Below are positions 30,404 to 40,704 of a DNA stretch of 64,000 bases, one piece after another; the stretch's first letter is position 1, and each line of letters starts with the position of its first letter. Origin of the DNA: an uncultured bacterium (GTDB lineage Bacteria; Chloroflexota; UBA5177; JANWHV01). The notes below the pieces were generated by a model. It saw nothing but the letters and a program-made list of their open reading frames with translations. It was not told where the DNA came from and made no database searches. The stretch lies in contig CAVSOU010000007.1 in the NCBI GenBank assembly GCA_963729625.1, positions 416,001 to 480,000 of the forward strand, given 5' to 3'. A program made the translations under genes and the position numbers.

Positions 30404-31327
30404 ATGAGCGGACAAACACAAGCGCAGCCCGGCGTACTGGCCGGAATCTCGGACGAGCTGGCCGGCGCGGTCGAGCGGGCCGGGCTGAGTACCGTCGCGG
30501 TGCGGGCACGGCGGCACATCGCCGCGGGCGGCGTGCTTTGGGCGCCGGGCGTGGTCGTCACAGCCGATCACGTTGTGGAGAACGACGAGGACATCAAGGT
30601 CGTGCTGCCATCCGGTGAGGAAGTTCGCGCTACTCTGGCAGGTCGCGACGGCGGAACGGACCTCGCGGTGCTGCGGATCGACAACAGCACCGCCGTGCCG
30701 GCCCAGATCGGTGACTCAGCCGGGCTGCGTGTTGGTCAGCTGGCGCTTGCCGTGGCGAGGCCAGGTGGAGAGGGGCTCGCAGCGAGCATCGGCATCATCA
30801 GCGCGATAAGTGGCAGTTGGCGCACGTGGCGCGGCGGGACGATCGACGCGCTCGTACGGACCGACCTCACCCTCTACCCTGGCTTCTCCGGCGGTCCGCT
30901 TGTGGACGTGCAAGGGCGAGTCGTGGGCATCAACACGTCGGGCCTTTCGCGCGGTCATTCGCTGATAATCCCGTCGCAAACCGTCAAGCGAGTCTCCGAC
31001 ACGCTGCTAGCACGCGGACGCGTCAGCCAGGGATACCTTGGCGTGGGCCTGCAACCCGTCCAGCTGCCCGGTGACCTGGCGCAGAAGCTTGGCCTGCCGC
31101 ACACAAGCGGCGTGATCCTGGTCACCGTCGATGCCGGTGGGCCGGCAGCGACCGCAGGGCTCATGCTTGGCGACATCATCATCGCCCTGGGTGATCAAGC
31201 AACCGCGGACACGAACGACGTGCAGGCACAGCTCGGCCCCGACAGCGTGGGCAAGACGCTCTCGACCAGGCTGATTCGTGGCGGCGAGCTGAAGACGGTC
31301 TCGGTTACAGTAGGCGAGCGGCAATAA
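30404..31327 (+). CDS. S1C (HtrA-like) serine protease with PDZ domain
   Basis: TADHV, DLAVL, PGFSGGP, GYLGV PDZ. Confidence 0.9.
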   Translation: MSGQTQAQPGVLAGISDELAGAVERAGLSTVAVRARRHIAAGGVLWAPGVVVTADHVVENDEDIKVVLPSGEEVRATLAGRDGGTDLAVLRIDNSTAVPAQIGDSAGLRVGQLALAVARPGGEGLAASIGIISAISGSWRTWRGGTIDALVRTDLTLYPGFSGGPLVDVQGRVVGINTSGLSRGHSLIIPSQTVKRVSDTLLARGRVSQGYLGVGLQPVQLPGDLAQKLGLPHTSGVILVTVDAGGPAATAGLMLGDIIIALGDQATADTNDVQAQLGPDSVGKTLSTRLIRGGELKTVSVTVGERQ

Positions 31328-31357
31328 GCACACCTCAGTTTCGATCGGAACTCACAC

Positions 31358-32329
31358 ATGACAGCAATACTGCAGGAACAAGTCGCTCGGGCGCCGGGTA
31401 TGAACGCGGCCGCAACCCATCTCGCCGCCACGCTGCGAGCGTCGACTGTGGAGATCAGGGTCGACGGCCACGGCAACGGATCTGGCGTGATCTGGCGTAG
31501 CGACGGGTTGATCGTCACCAACGCTCACGTCGTGCGCGGAGACCAGGTGAATGTTGTGCTGGCGGACGCCCGCCAGCTACGCGGTCACGTGATAGATCGC
31601 AGCGCCGAGTACGACCTTGCGGCCGTGCGCGTGACCGCAGATAATCTTCAACAGGCAGAGATCGGGGATTCGTCAAGGCTTCGCGCCGGTCAGCTCGTGA
31701 TGGCGATGGGCCATCCCCTTGGTGTAAAGGACGCGCTGAGCATGGGGATCGTGCACATGGCCCCGTCCAGCCGGACGGACGGACCGGGGGAGCGCTGGAT
31801 CCAGGCAGATCTGAGTCTGCTGCCCGGCAATTCCGGTGGCCCGCTCGTCAATGCAGATGGGCGCGTCATCGGAGTCAACAGCATGGTGGCGGGGGGTCTT
31901 GCGCTGGCGGTGCCCAGCAACGTGGTAGAACGTTTTGTATCGGGAACGCTGCGGCCCGCCTTCCTTGGAGTGCAGACTCAGGTCGTCAATCTGGTGGGAA
32001 GCGGCGCCGCGCAACTGGGAGTCCAGCAGGAGAGCGGTCTCATGGTGCTGTCGGCGGTGGAGGGCGGTCCGGCCGCGCGCAACGGCCTGCTCCCGGGCGA
32101 CATTCTCGTAGCGGCCGCGAAGTGGCCGCTCACCGACCATGAGGTGCTGCTTGGGGTGCTCCGGCAGTGTTCCGCCGGCACGCCGCTGCCGCTATCGATC
32201 ATCCGCGCGGGCGCGCTGATGGAGGTCACGGCAATCCTCGGAGAGCGCGAGGCCGAGCCTTCAGGCCCGAACAGTGGGCGTTCGGCGGGAACCGGTGGGC
32301 CCGAACACGGCTCAGCCAGGCAGCCGTGA
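31358..32329 (+). CDS. S1C (HtrA-like) serine protease with PDZ domain
   Basis: TNAHV, DLAAV, PGNSGGP, AFLGV PDZ. Confidence 0.9.
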   Translation: MTAILQEQVARAPGMNAAATHLAATLRASTVEIRVDGHGNGSGVIWRSDGLIVTNAHVVRGDQVNVVLADARQLRGHVIDRSAEYDLAAVRVTADNLQQAEIGDSSRLRAGQLVMAMGHPLGVKDALSMGIVHMAPSSRTDGPGERWIQADLSLLPGNSGGPLVNADGRVIGVNSMVAGGLALAVPSNVVERFVSGTLRPAFLGVQTQVVNLVGSGAAQLGVQQESGLMVLSAVEGGPAARNGLLPGDILVAAAKWPLTDHEVLLGVLRQCSAGTPLPLSIIRAGALMEVTAILGEREAEPSGPNSGRSAGTGGPEHGSARQP

Positions 32330-32970
32330 TCAGAGTGCTGGTGGCCGCGGCATTTCCCACCGTGCGCGCCGGGCTCGCCGCCGTCCTGCGCGGCGAGCCC
32401 GGCGTCGAAGTGGTTGGGGACGCGGCCGGCGCCGGAAAGCTCGCGGAGCTGGTCGCCACTCTGGAGCCGAATGCGGTGCTCGCGGAACTGGAGAGCGCGG
32501 ACGACGAGATGGCCGACGCCGTGTGGCAGATCGCCGGCCGCAGCCTGGGCCCCGGTGTCGTGGTGGTATGCGACGCGACAGAGCGCTGGGCTCTCGACGC
32601 GTTAAGGGCCGGGGTGCGCGGCGTGCTGCCGCGCGATGCCTCCGGCGGCGAGATGGCTGCTGCCGTGCTCGCCGCCGCCCATGGCCTCGTCGTGCTCGAT
32701 GCTGCCTCGGTGCGGCCTCTCCTGCCGCGCGAATCCAGTCCCGTGGGCTCGGCGACCATGCCGGCCTTGAGCGAGGCGCTGACACCGCGTGAGCTGGAAG
32801 TGTTGCGCCTGCTGAGCGAGGGTCTCGGGAACAAGATGATCTCGCGCCGCCTGGGTATCAGCGAGCACACGGTAAAGTTTCACGTCGGAGCAGTCATGGC
32901 CAAGCTCAATGCCGGCAGCAGGACTGAGGCCGTAACGGTCGCGGCGCGGCGCGGGCTGATCTGGCTCTAA
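32326..32970 (+). CDS. NarL/LuxR-family response regulator (atypical receiver)
   Basis: LTPRELEVL..GLGNK..ISEHTVKFHV HTH; the receiver has AVLAE where Asp is usual; GTGA overlap. Confidence 0.9.
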   Translation: MIRVLVAAAFPTVRAGLAAVLRGEPGVEVVGDAAGAGKLAELVATLEPNAVLAELESADDEMADAVWQIAGRSLGPGVVVVCDATERWALDALRAGVRGVLPRDASGGEMAAAVLAAAHGLVVLDAASVRPLLPRESSPVGSATMPALSEALTPRELEVLRLLSEGLGNKMISRRLGISEHTVKFHVGAVMAKLNAGSRTEAVTVAARRGLIWL

Positions 32971-33046
32971 GCGCTCGGGACACGATCGCAAAGCCATCGT
33001 CCTGCGGCAGCCGCCACCAGGCGCAACCGGTAGGTACAATGGGCGT

Positions 33047-33139
33047 GTGAGCATCTCGATCCGCGAATACCCGTCCTCCGACGCTGAAGCCGTGGCAAAG
33101 CGTACCTCATGCAAGGGACCGCGAGGCATGGTGTGGTAG
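33047..33139 (+). pseudogene. Possible GNAT acetyltransferase remnant (leaderless start)
   Basis: TACAAT-N6-GTG; MSISIREYPSSDAEAVAK resembles a GNAT N-terminus, stops after 30 aa. Confidence 0.35.
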
Positions 33140-33259
33140 CTGGAGTGCAGTTTGCGCGTATGGGTCCTCACCTGTTCGGCACGCTGCGCGCATCGGTGGC
33201 GCCGTGCGACGAACAGTGCGCTGCGTCGTCCTCGCGCATTCCGTACGTGAGGCGTTGGA

Positions 33260-33820
33260 TTGTGGCGTGCTGGCCGGCCCGGGAGAACTTCCCTGAGCAC
33301 GCATGAAACGAAAACGCCTACGGTACGCGTGCAGAAGCGGGATTGGCGCGGCAATGTTCGTCACGTCTGGCAGGGAGTCGTGCTCGCTCAGGACGCCGAA
33401 AGCCTGTTGCTTGAAGCAGTCTGGGAGGGGCCCGGCGAACCGGCGGTTGGCGAGCTCAGATTCGAGCGCGGCGATCGGTTTCTCGAATACTACTTCGTTG
33501 GGAAGAGCTATGCAATCTGGCGGATTGAGCGGCCGACCGGTGCACTGAAGGGCTGGTACTGCAATATCAGCAGGCCACTGCGAATGGAAGAGGGAATGCT
33601 CAGCTTTGACGACCTGCTTCTGGACGTGCTCGTCTATCCGGACGGCCGTTGCGTCGTCCTCGACCGGGACGAGCTGGAGCAGGCACGGCACAGCGGTCTG
33701 TCGGAAGCGGACACGCGTGTAGCCGAGTCGGCCCTGGATGCCGTGCTGGATCTCATACTCCACCAGCATCCGCCATTCGCGTTCTCCCATGCGCCGCGTG
33801 CGGTCGAGGACGACCGATGA
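33260..33820 (+). CDS. DUF402-family protein
   Basis: FLEYY, GWYCNI, DLLLDVLV, VLDRDEL; start uncertain. Confidence 0.85.
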   Translation: MWRAGRPGRTSLSTHETKTPTVRVQKRDWRGNVRHVWQGVVLAQDAESLLLEAVWEGPGEPAVGELRFERGDRFLEYYFVGKSYAIWRIERPTGALKGWYCNISRPLRMEEGMLSFDDLLLDVLVYPDGRCVVLDRDELEQARHSGLSEADTRVAESALDAVLDLILHQHPPFAFSHAPRAVEDDR

Positions 33821-34333
33821 GATCGATCGCGACGCGATCTTCCGCTCGCGATAAGGTCATCGTCTGGCTGTGGCGTCGCCTGCCGTTCCCCGGGCCCGTG
33901 AAGGGCGCGGTCGCCTGGCTGGCCAACGTGCGCTTTGCCGTCGGCGTGGCCGCCATCATTCCTGATAAGGACGGCAGGGTCATGATGGTGAAGCACACAT
34001 ATCGGCGCGCTACCAGGGAGTGGGGGTTGCCCGGCGGATGGGCCAAGGGTGCGGGAGAGGTTGGAGCAGGCCCTGACGCGCGAGCTGCGCGAAGAGACAG
34101 GGCTGGAGATCGTGGTCGAAAGGGTCGTGGCCGTACACAGTGGGTTCGTGGTACCGCGCATGACCGTCTTTTACCTCGCCCGCATTGCCGGCGGGACATT
34201 CCAGCCCAGCGCCGAGGTATCGACCTACGAGTTTCGCTTTCCCCGAGAGATGTCCGGTTGGCTGGATGGGGAAAGGGAAGCAGCGATGCAGGCACTTGGT
34301 CCCACAACCGCCCGCGACGACCACAGGGACTGA
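33817..34333 (+). pseudogene. NUDIX hydrolase, +1 frameshift inside the Nudix box
   Basis: WGLPGGWAKG in one frame and RERLEQALTRELREETGL in the next; joining them restores GX5EX7REUXEEXGU. Confidence 0.85.
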
Positions 34334-34345
34334 CCGCCGTTCGCG

Positions 34346-36991
34346 CTACGACCGCTCATCGTGCCGATCGCCCAGATCGCCCAGCGCCTCCGCCTCGCCT
34401 CCGGGCACGCTGCTGCCATCCCCGGGCAGCTCGCAAGGTATCGGCGGTGCGTAGAGGGTGCGCACGGCTACGTCCAGCGGAAACAGTAGCAGCGCCAGCA
34501 GCGCTATGGTGGGCCAGATGTCGTCACGCGTCGAGTAGCGGGCGAGCCCAGCAGGGTCAAACGCTCCGGACGGCCTGTCGATCGTCGCCGCGCCACCGGC
34601 CGCGGCAATCGCGGCAAGCAGGTCCAGGTCCGGCTGCATGCCCCTGTACTCCACCGGGTAAGGCACGACGACTGCCGCGCTGGTCTGCCGGATGAGTGCT
34701 GAATTATCATACTGATCCAGGTTCACCTTGTACACGCCTTGCGGCAGGCTTGGCGCCGTGCCCGCGTAGTGGCCTGGAGCATCCTGGCTCAGCGTGAGCG
34801 TGCTCGAGTAGCCCGAAGCGCTCGTAATGGCCGCGCGAGTGGTTAGCAAGTTGGCGAAGCCGCCGTGCGGGGTCAGAGAGTCCACTCCTATCTGGAGACC
34901 CTGTCCAGTCACCTCCAGGGTCGGGTTGAGTGCCTGCGCGCTTACGTCCGGTAGCAGGCCATGCACGAGATCCGACCAGAACGGAGTCTCCTTCAGCCAG
35001 GTTTGCGCCCAGCCGGCCGTGGTACCGCCAGTCCACACGCTCACCTGGCCCAGGCCGAAGTGCCATTGCGCCAGCACGGGATCGCCGAGAAGCGATTGCA
35101 GGAGCACCTGCGCATTGACCTTGGGCGTGACGATATTGTACGCGTGGAGGTTCGGCAGCTTCGTGCCGACGAGCGACCGCAGCGCCGGGTCGTCCGCTGC
35201 CTGACGCACGCCGAGGTCGCCCTGGACGAGGGTGGGCCCGCTGCTGATGCGCGTCTCCAGCACCACGAATCGCGGGATATCGTGCGGATCGGAGGTTGCA
35301 TAGAAGCGACCATCGCCAAGGGTTGCCCAGTTCTGCAATTCGTCCACTTCGGCGTCGCTGCCGACGGCAATCGTGGAGAGCGTAATGCCGTTGGCCTTCA
35401 TCTGCGCTATGAGCGTGGTGAACGGCGCGTCGGTCTCCCCTTGTCCGTCAGTGATCAGGACGACATGTTTAAATGGCGCGTTGCTGTTGAAGAGATAGCG
35501 AGCAGCCCGACGCAGTGCGGGGTAGATCACCGTGTTGCCGAAGGCCTCCACCTTCTGAATCGCTTTCTTCGCCGTGCTCTGCTTTGCTGCGTTGCCGACG
35601 GTGCCGAATGGCACGACCACATGCGTCGTGTCGTCGAACGAGATCACGCCGAAGCTGTCGTTCGGTTGCAGATGATCGATCGCCTCGATCGCTGCGGTTT
35701 GCGCCATGCTCTCCTTCGAGACGCCCTTCATGAGCTCGCTCATGCTGCCCGATTGGTCGATGACCAGAATCAACCCAACGCCGCCGTGGCCGGCATGAGC
35801 TTCGGCAGTGCTGTCTACCGGGAGCATCTGTTCGAGGGGGGTGCCGGAGTAGCCGCCAATGGCGAAACTCTCCGGCCCGCCTGCCACCAACATGCCGGCG
35901 CCCTGGTCCTGCACCGCTGCATGGAGCGCGGTCACCGCTGACGGCGCCAGCGCTGAAGCCGGAATATCCGCCAGCACGACCGCCGCGTATGGAGCCAGGC
36001 TCAGTGCGGTGCGCGGAGCGTCGGCGGCTCGCTCGAGCGTGACCTGAAAACCGGCGCTCTCGAGCGTGTGAACCAGGGCAGAGGGTTCCGTCAGATCACG
36101 GGCCAGCACCAGGATGTCCGGCGCCGTCTTCGTCGTGGTAACTGCGTCGAGCGCATTGTTCTGCGGCACCGGGTCTCCCTGAGCCTGTGCCTCTACGTGG
36201 AACACGTGGGTGCCCGGGCTGCCCACCGTCTGCGCGAAGAAGAAGGTGTTGAGGCCGGCGTTGAGGGAGAGTGTTCGCTGACCGAGCGCGGCGCCATCCA
36301 GGGAAAGCCGCACGGTCGTGCTCATTGCCCGGTCGGCCTGGAGCCCGATCCGCAGAGTAATGTGCTCGCCCGTCTTGGTCGACGATGGAACGGAGGCATC
36401 GACGACCGAGACGTCGCCGCGCGGGATGGAGACTACCGGCACTACCGAGATGGGCACGCGCTGACCGGCGGCCTCCTGCGCGGCAAGCAGGGCGTCTCCC
36501 TCGGTTTGACGCCCATCACTCAACAGGACAATTCTGGCCGATCGACTGGCAGGCAAGCTGTCAAGCGCCAACCGCAGCGCTGCCTCGATGTTGGTGCCGC
36601 TGGGGTCTGCCGCCGGGAGCGGCGGCATCGTCTTCCCCGCGATCTGCCCCGACCAGGCGGGCTCCTTTCCAACAGAGACGATCGACGCGTCGTCGTCCGA
36701 AGTGCGCGCCGCGAGCGCCGAGCGCACCCATGTGGCTGCTGCGTCCTGGGCGGCTGGACTCAGCGTGCCGGACCGGTCGACGACAAAGACGACATCAACA
36801 CCGGCTGCAGCCCGGCTGACACGCGGTCCGGCCAGGGCAAGAACCAGCAGCAACGCGATGAGCACGCGAATCAGAAGCGCGACCATCGCGCGGAGCCACG
36901 GCAAGCGCTGGAGCCGCTCGCGACTCATTCGGTGCATGAGCAAGGCGATCGGCACAAGTACGAGCAGCACGAGCGGATGGGTTATCTCCAT
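34346..36991 (-). CDS. Membrane protein with two VWA domains and a GATase-like domain
   Basis: MIDAS DRSGT and DQSGS, LLSDG, ITDG, GG-ESF--GGY--TPLE, N- and C-terminal TM segments. Confidence 0.88.
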   Translation of the reverse strand: MEITHPLVLLVLVPIALLMHRMSRERLQRLPWLRAMVALLIRVLIALLLVLALAGPRVSRAAAGVDVVFVVDRSGTLSPAAQDAAATWVRSALAARTSDDDASIVSVGKEPAWSGQIAGKTMPPLPAADPSGTNIEAALRLALDSLPASRSARIVLLSDGRQTEGDALLAAQEAAGQRVPISVVPVVSIPRGDVSVVDASVPSSTKTGEHITLRIGLQADRAMSTTVRLSLDGAALGQRTLSLNAGLNTFFFAQTVGSPGTHVFHVEAQAQGDPVPQNNALDAVTTTKTAPDILVLARDLTEPSALVHTLESAGFQVTLERAADAPRTALSLAPYAAVVLADIPASALAPSAVTALHAAVQDQGAGMLVAGGPESFAIGGYSGTPLEQMLPVDSTAEAHAGHGGVGLILVIDQSGSMSELMKGVSKESMAQTAAIEAIDHLQPNDSFGVISFDDTTHVVVPFGTVGNAAKQSTAKKAIQKVEAFGNTVIYPALRRAARYLFNSNAPFKHVVLITDGQGETDAPFTTLIAQMKANGITLSTIAVGSDAEVDELQNWATLGDGRFYATSDPHDIPRFVVLETRISSGPTLVQGDLGVRQAADDPALRSLVGTKLPNLHAYNIVTPKVNAQVLLQSLLGDPVLAQWHFGLGQVSVWTGGTTAGWAQTWLKETPFWSDLVHGLLPDVSAQALNPTLEVTGQGLQIGVDSLTPHGGFANLLTTRAAITSASGYSSTLTLSQDAPGHYAGTAPSLPQGVYKVNLDQYDNSALIRQTSAAVVVPYPVEYRGMQPDLDLLAAIAAAGGAATIDRPSGAFDPAGLARYSTRDDIWPTIALLALLLFPLDVAVRTLYAPPIPCELPGDGSSVPGGEAEALGDLGDRHDERS

Positions 36992-37000
36992 CGATCGCCC

Positions 37001-38767
37001 TCACGTTCTCCTGGCATAGAACCACCACTCAGCGCTCAGTGCCAGCAGCGCCAGCAACAGCGCGAGCGGCCACGCGTCGGCCTGGATTTCGCCGGGACCG
37101 TTTGATCGCGCCCACCGCTCGCCGCCGGCCGCCACGATCGCCGCTCCAGGACTTGATGCGTTCGCGGCAAACAGCGCCTGTCCGCTAGTCCTTCCTCCGG
37201 TGCCCGCGGCAACCGCATAGATGCCCGGCATGGCAGCATGCACGGATTGACCGGTCTGCACGGCGCCTGACGGATCGATCACCGACGCGACGTCGCTGGG
37301 CAAGGATACCGAGTCGCCCACAGCCACGTCTGACGGTGGTTGCGGGAGGAGCCACTGCACGAGCCTGGTCATCAGCAGAGGAAAAGCGACGTTTTGCGCG
37401 AACGGGCTGTGACCGGCGTCGAACGGAAGCAGCACCGTACGCGCGCCGGACCAGCTTCCGGCTGCCAGGATCGGGCCGTTCTTGCTCCCGATCACCACGT
37501 GCGCCCAGGATGGCGTGCTGATCGAATCGCCGGTCACCGCCAGGCCGTACAGGTCCAGTCCCCGCACCAGCGGATCAGCCGTATCGATGGTGCTTGCAGC
37601 CAGAAACGCATTCGCGGACTTGACCGTGACGGAGGTCGAGGAGGGAGGTGGGTTGACGATCAGGAGCGGCATTGGCGGCATGCTGTCGGGTGGGAAGCCG
37701 TCAAGCACGAGGAGGTCGTAGCGCTGGTAACCGGAGTACCGGAAGTTGCTCGTGGGCATGAGCTGCACGGAAAGGCCCGGTATCGCGCGCAGCGCCACGA
37801 GCAGCCGGCCTGGGTCATCCGCGACAAGGAGAACCTTGAGCGGTGCGGGAGCCGGTACGAGCGCCCAAGCCGTATTGTCCGGCTCCAGTGCGTCCAACCG
37901 AAGGAGAGAAGCCTTCAGCACGCGCGCACCCGGTGGGATGGAAAATGTCAGATCGAGCGAGCCATATGCCGGAATAGAAAGGGCCTGCTGGCCCAGCGAG
38001 TGGCCATCTGCCCACGCCGCGAAGTCGTCTCGCCGCACCGACGCGGCGCTGCTGCGGACGCGGGCAAATGCCTGGCATTGGGCGTCCTTGGCCAGGCAGC
38101 GGACGGACAGCGCGTCGATGCTCTGATCGTTCAGGGAAGGGGCGCCGATCCTCTCAACTTCCAGTGGAAGGCCGCTACTCGCAAAAGAGGGGGTCTCTGG
38201 TGCGGCGACGTAGGTGAACCGTGGCGAGCCCTTTTCGGTCACGAGTCCGCGGGCAATGGCTGTGGCCCCGGCAAGGTCGGCGACGCCCTGCGACACGCTC
38301 AGCTGGCTGACCGCCCTGGCAAGGTCGATATTGCCCGGGATCTCGCCCACAAGCCGTGCATGCGGGCCCGCGAGGATCACGCTCATACTGTCGGACGATC
38401 CAAGTCGCGCGATCATGTCTTCGATGCGCCGCTGTCCTGCAGCGAACCGCGTCTCGGCCACATCTGTTGCCGCCATCGCTACGGAGCCATCCAGCACGAC
38501 GATCTCGTGCACGTGGGCCGGCTCTGAGAGACGTGGCCCGGCGAAGAGGAACGTCAGCAGCAGGACCGCAATCAACTGGAAGAGCAGCAGCGGCTCGCGA
38601 AATGGCAAGTGCCGGTGCGGCGTGTGGCTGATCGTTGCCAGGGCCTCGCTCCACAACCACGTGCTGGAAACGGCCTGGCGGCGGTGCCGTGCCCTCCACA
38701 TGTAGAAGGAAATGAGCAAAGGGGCCAGGAGCAATCCCAGAAGTGCAAATGGCTGGGTGAAGCTCAT
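37001..38767 (-). CDS. BatA-N/VWA domain membrane protein
   Basis: MSFTQP..VSSTWLW..LLLFQL BatA motif, VLDGSVAM, C-terminal AEWW. Confidence 0.85.
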   Translation of the reverse strand: MSFTQPFALLGLLLAPLLISFYMWRARHRRQAVSSTWLWSEALATISHTPHRHLPFREPLLLFQLIAVLLLTFLFAGPRLSEPAHVHEIVVLDGSVAMAATDVAETRFAAGQRRIEDMIARLGSSDSMSVILAGPHARLVGEIPGNIDLARAVSQLSVSQGVADLAGATAIARGLVTEKGSPRFTYVAAPETPSFASSGLPLEVERIGAPSLNDQSIDALSVRCLAKDAQCQAFARVRSSAASVRRDDFAAWADGHSLGQQALSIPAYGSLDLTFSIPPGARVLKASLLRLDALEPDNTAWALVPAPAPLKVLLVADDPGRLLVALRAIPGLSVQLMPTSNFRYSGYQRYDLLVLDGFPPDSMPPMPLLIVNPPPSSTSVTVKSANAFLAASTIDTADPLVRGLDLYGLAVTGDSISTPSWAHVVIGSKNGPILAAGSWSGARTVLLPFDAGHSPFAQNVAFPLLMTRLVQWLLPQPPSDVAVGDSVSLPSDVASVIDPSGAVQTGQSVHAAMPGIYAVAAGTGGRTSGQALFAANASSPGAAIVAAGGERWARSNGPGEIQADAWPLALLLALLALSAEWWFYARRT

Positions 38768-39705
38768 TGCACTAACCGCCCGCGGACTGCGGTGAACAGC
38801 ACTTCTTCCAGAGGCTGGTCCGTGAGCAGGCGGACGAACGGCGCATGCTGAACCAGGCTGGCTGCCTCCAGCTCGGCCGTCCAGTTGGCGAACCTCGCTG
38901 AATACGCCTTGAGCGCCGGCGCGTTCACATCGGCGAGCAAGGTGCCTCCCGTTTCGCAATCCACCAGATTCAACGCGCCCTCGATTCTCGGCCGCACCTC
39001 CTCGGGCGCCAGTACTTGAATGACAGCGGGCTCCAGCCCAATATGTCGCAGTGAGCCCAGGATCCCCTCAAGGCTCGAGGGCGATATCAGATCCGAGATC
39101 AGCACGCACAGGCCGCGACGAGGCTTGGAGCAGTATGAGCGGATGGCTGCTGCAAGATCCAGGGCACCCTGGGGCTTGAGATCCTCAAGCACAGTGAGCA
39201 GACGGCCGGTCTCGTTCTTCGCACGCAGGCGCGGCAAAACATGCGCGCTTTCCGCGCGAAGGAGCGTGATCATCACGCTATCGTAGCGGGCAAGCGCCAG
39301 GCAACCGAGTGCCGCCGCGATGCGCTGCGCGGTGCGGAACTTGGTCGGGGCGCCAAAGGCCATCGATGCGCTGCAGTCCACGAGGAGATGCAATGTCGTC
39401 GCCTCGGCTGCTTCGGTGAGCCGGAGCGTCAGCTGGCCGAGGCGCGCATACACATTCCAGTCGATGAGGCGGATATCGTCCCCGGGGCGGTAGTCGCGAT
39501 AGTCGGCAAACTCAACCGAATGCGCTTTCCGGACGCTGGAGTGCTCCCCCACGAAACCGGTCGTGCTGCGCCGGCCGACGCTCAGGCTGAGCCCTTCGAT
39601 CCGCTTGAGAAACGCGCTGCTGAGCAACGGCCCGCCGAGATCGGGGGTCGCCGTATCTGCCCAGCCACGCCACGCTTCACGACGAAGACGAGAAAGCCAA
39701 TTCAC
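38764..39705 (-). CDS. DUF58 domain protein
   Basis: EFADYRDYRPGDDIRLIDWNVYAR, DCSASM, ISD. Confidence 0.93.
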   Translation of the reverse strand: MNWLSRLRREAWRGWADTATPDLGGPLLSSAFLKRIEGLSLSVGRRSTTGFVGEHSSVRKAHSVEFADYRDYRPGDDIRLIDWNVYARLGQLTLRLTEAAEATTLHLLVDCSASMAFGAPTKFRTAQRIAAALGCLALARYDSVMITLLRAESAHVLPRLRAKNETGRLLTVLEDLKPQGALDLAAAIRSYCSKPRRGLCVLISDLISPSSLEGILGSLRHIGLEPAVIQVLAPEEVRPRIEGALNLVDCETGGTLLADVNAPALKAYSARFANWTAELEAASLVQHAPFVRLLTDQPLEEVLFTAVRGRLVQ

Positions 39706-39723
39706 CGGACACCTCAGCCGCTG

Positions 39724-40704
39724 TCAGTGCGGCACTTCGGGCACAGCGCCGACGATCTGATCCAGGATCGAGTCGACGGTGAGTCCGCGCGCTTCCGCCT
39801 CGAAATTGAGGCAAATGCGATGCCGGAGCGCCGGATGCACCGCTGCCCGCACGTCGTCATATGAGAGGTTGAAGCGGCCGTCCATCAGGCTGAAGATGCG
39901 GCCTGCCAGTGTGATGGCCTGTGCACCTCGGGGGCTGGCGCCTATGCGGATGTATTTGCGCGTCACTTCCGGCGCACCGGGAAGATCAGGCTGAGTAGCA
40001 AGCACGACGCGCACCGCGTAGTCCAGGACGTGGGAGGCCATAGGCACTTCGCACACCAGCCGGTTCATGGCGATGAGCGTGTCTCCCCCCGCGACGGGCC
40101 GCGAGATCGCAACGTCCGCGGCAGACGTGCGGCGCACGATCGTGGCGAGCTCGCCGCGGAACGGGTACGTCACGAGAAGCTTGAAGAAGAAGCGGTCGAG
40201 CTGCGCTTCGGGCAGCGGGTAGGTCCCTTCCATCTCGATGGGATTCTGCGTGGCCAGCACGAAGAAGGGCTCAGGTAGAGCGTGCGAGACGGTGCCCGCC
40301 GTTACGGTCCGTTCCTGCATTGCCTCCAGCAAGGCGCTCTGCGTCTTGGGCGTAGCACGGTTGATCTCGTCCGCGAGCACCAGGTTCGCGAACACAGGCC
40401 CTCCTTGGAATGTGAGACTGCGACGTCCCATCTCGTCCTCGGAGACGATATTCGTCCCGGTGATATCGGCAGGCATGAGGTCGGGTGTGAACTGAATGCG
40501 GCCGAACTGAAGACCCAGCGCACCGGCAAAGGCGCGAACAAGGCTCGTCTTTCCCAGGCCCGGCACTCCCTCGAGCAGGACGTGGCCGTTTCCGAGCATT
40601 GCCGTGAGCACGCCGCGGGTCACCGCCTCCTGCCCGACGATCACCGTGGAGATCTCCTGGAGGATGCGACGCACGCTCTCCTGGAATTCCTCAGGCGTGA
40701 TCAT
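39724..40704 (-). CDS. moxR: MoxR-family AAA+ ATPase
   Basis: [46 protein letters not shown]. Confidence 0.95.
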   Translation of the reverse strand: MITPEEFQESVRRILQEISTVIVGQEAVTRGVLTAMLGNGHVLLEGVPGLGKTSLVRAFAGALGLQFGRIQFTPDLMPADITGTNIVSEDEMGRRSLTFQGGPVFANLVLADEINRATPKTQSALLEAMQERTVTAGTVSHALPEPFFVLATQNPIEMEGTYPLPEAQLDRFFFKLLVTYPFRGELATIVRRTSAADVAISRPVAGGDTLIAMNRLVCEVPMASHVLDYAVRVVLATQPDLPGAPEVTRKYIRIGASPRGAQAITLAGRIFSLMDGRFNLSYDDVRAAVHPALRHRICLNFEAEARGLTVDSILDQIVGAVPEVPH

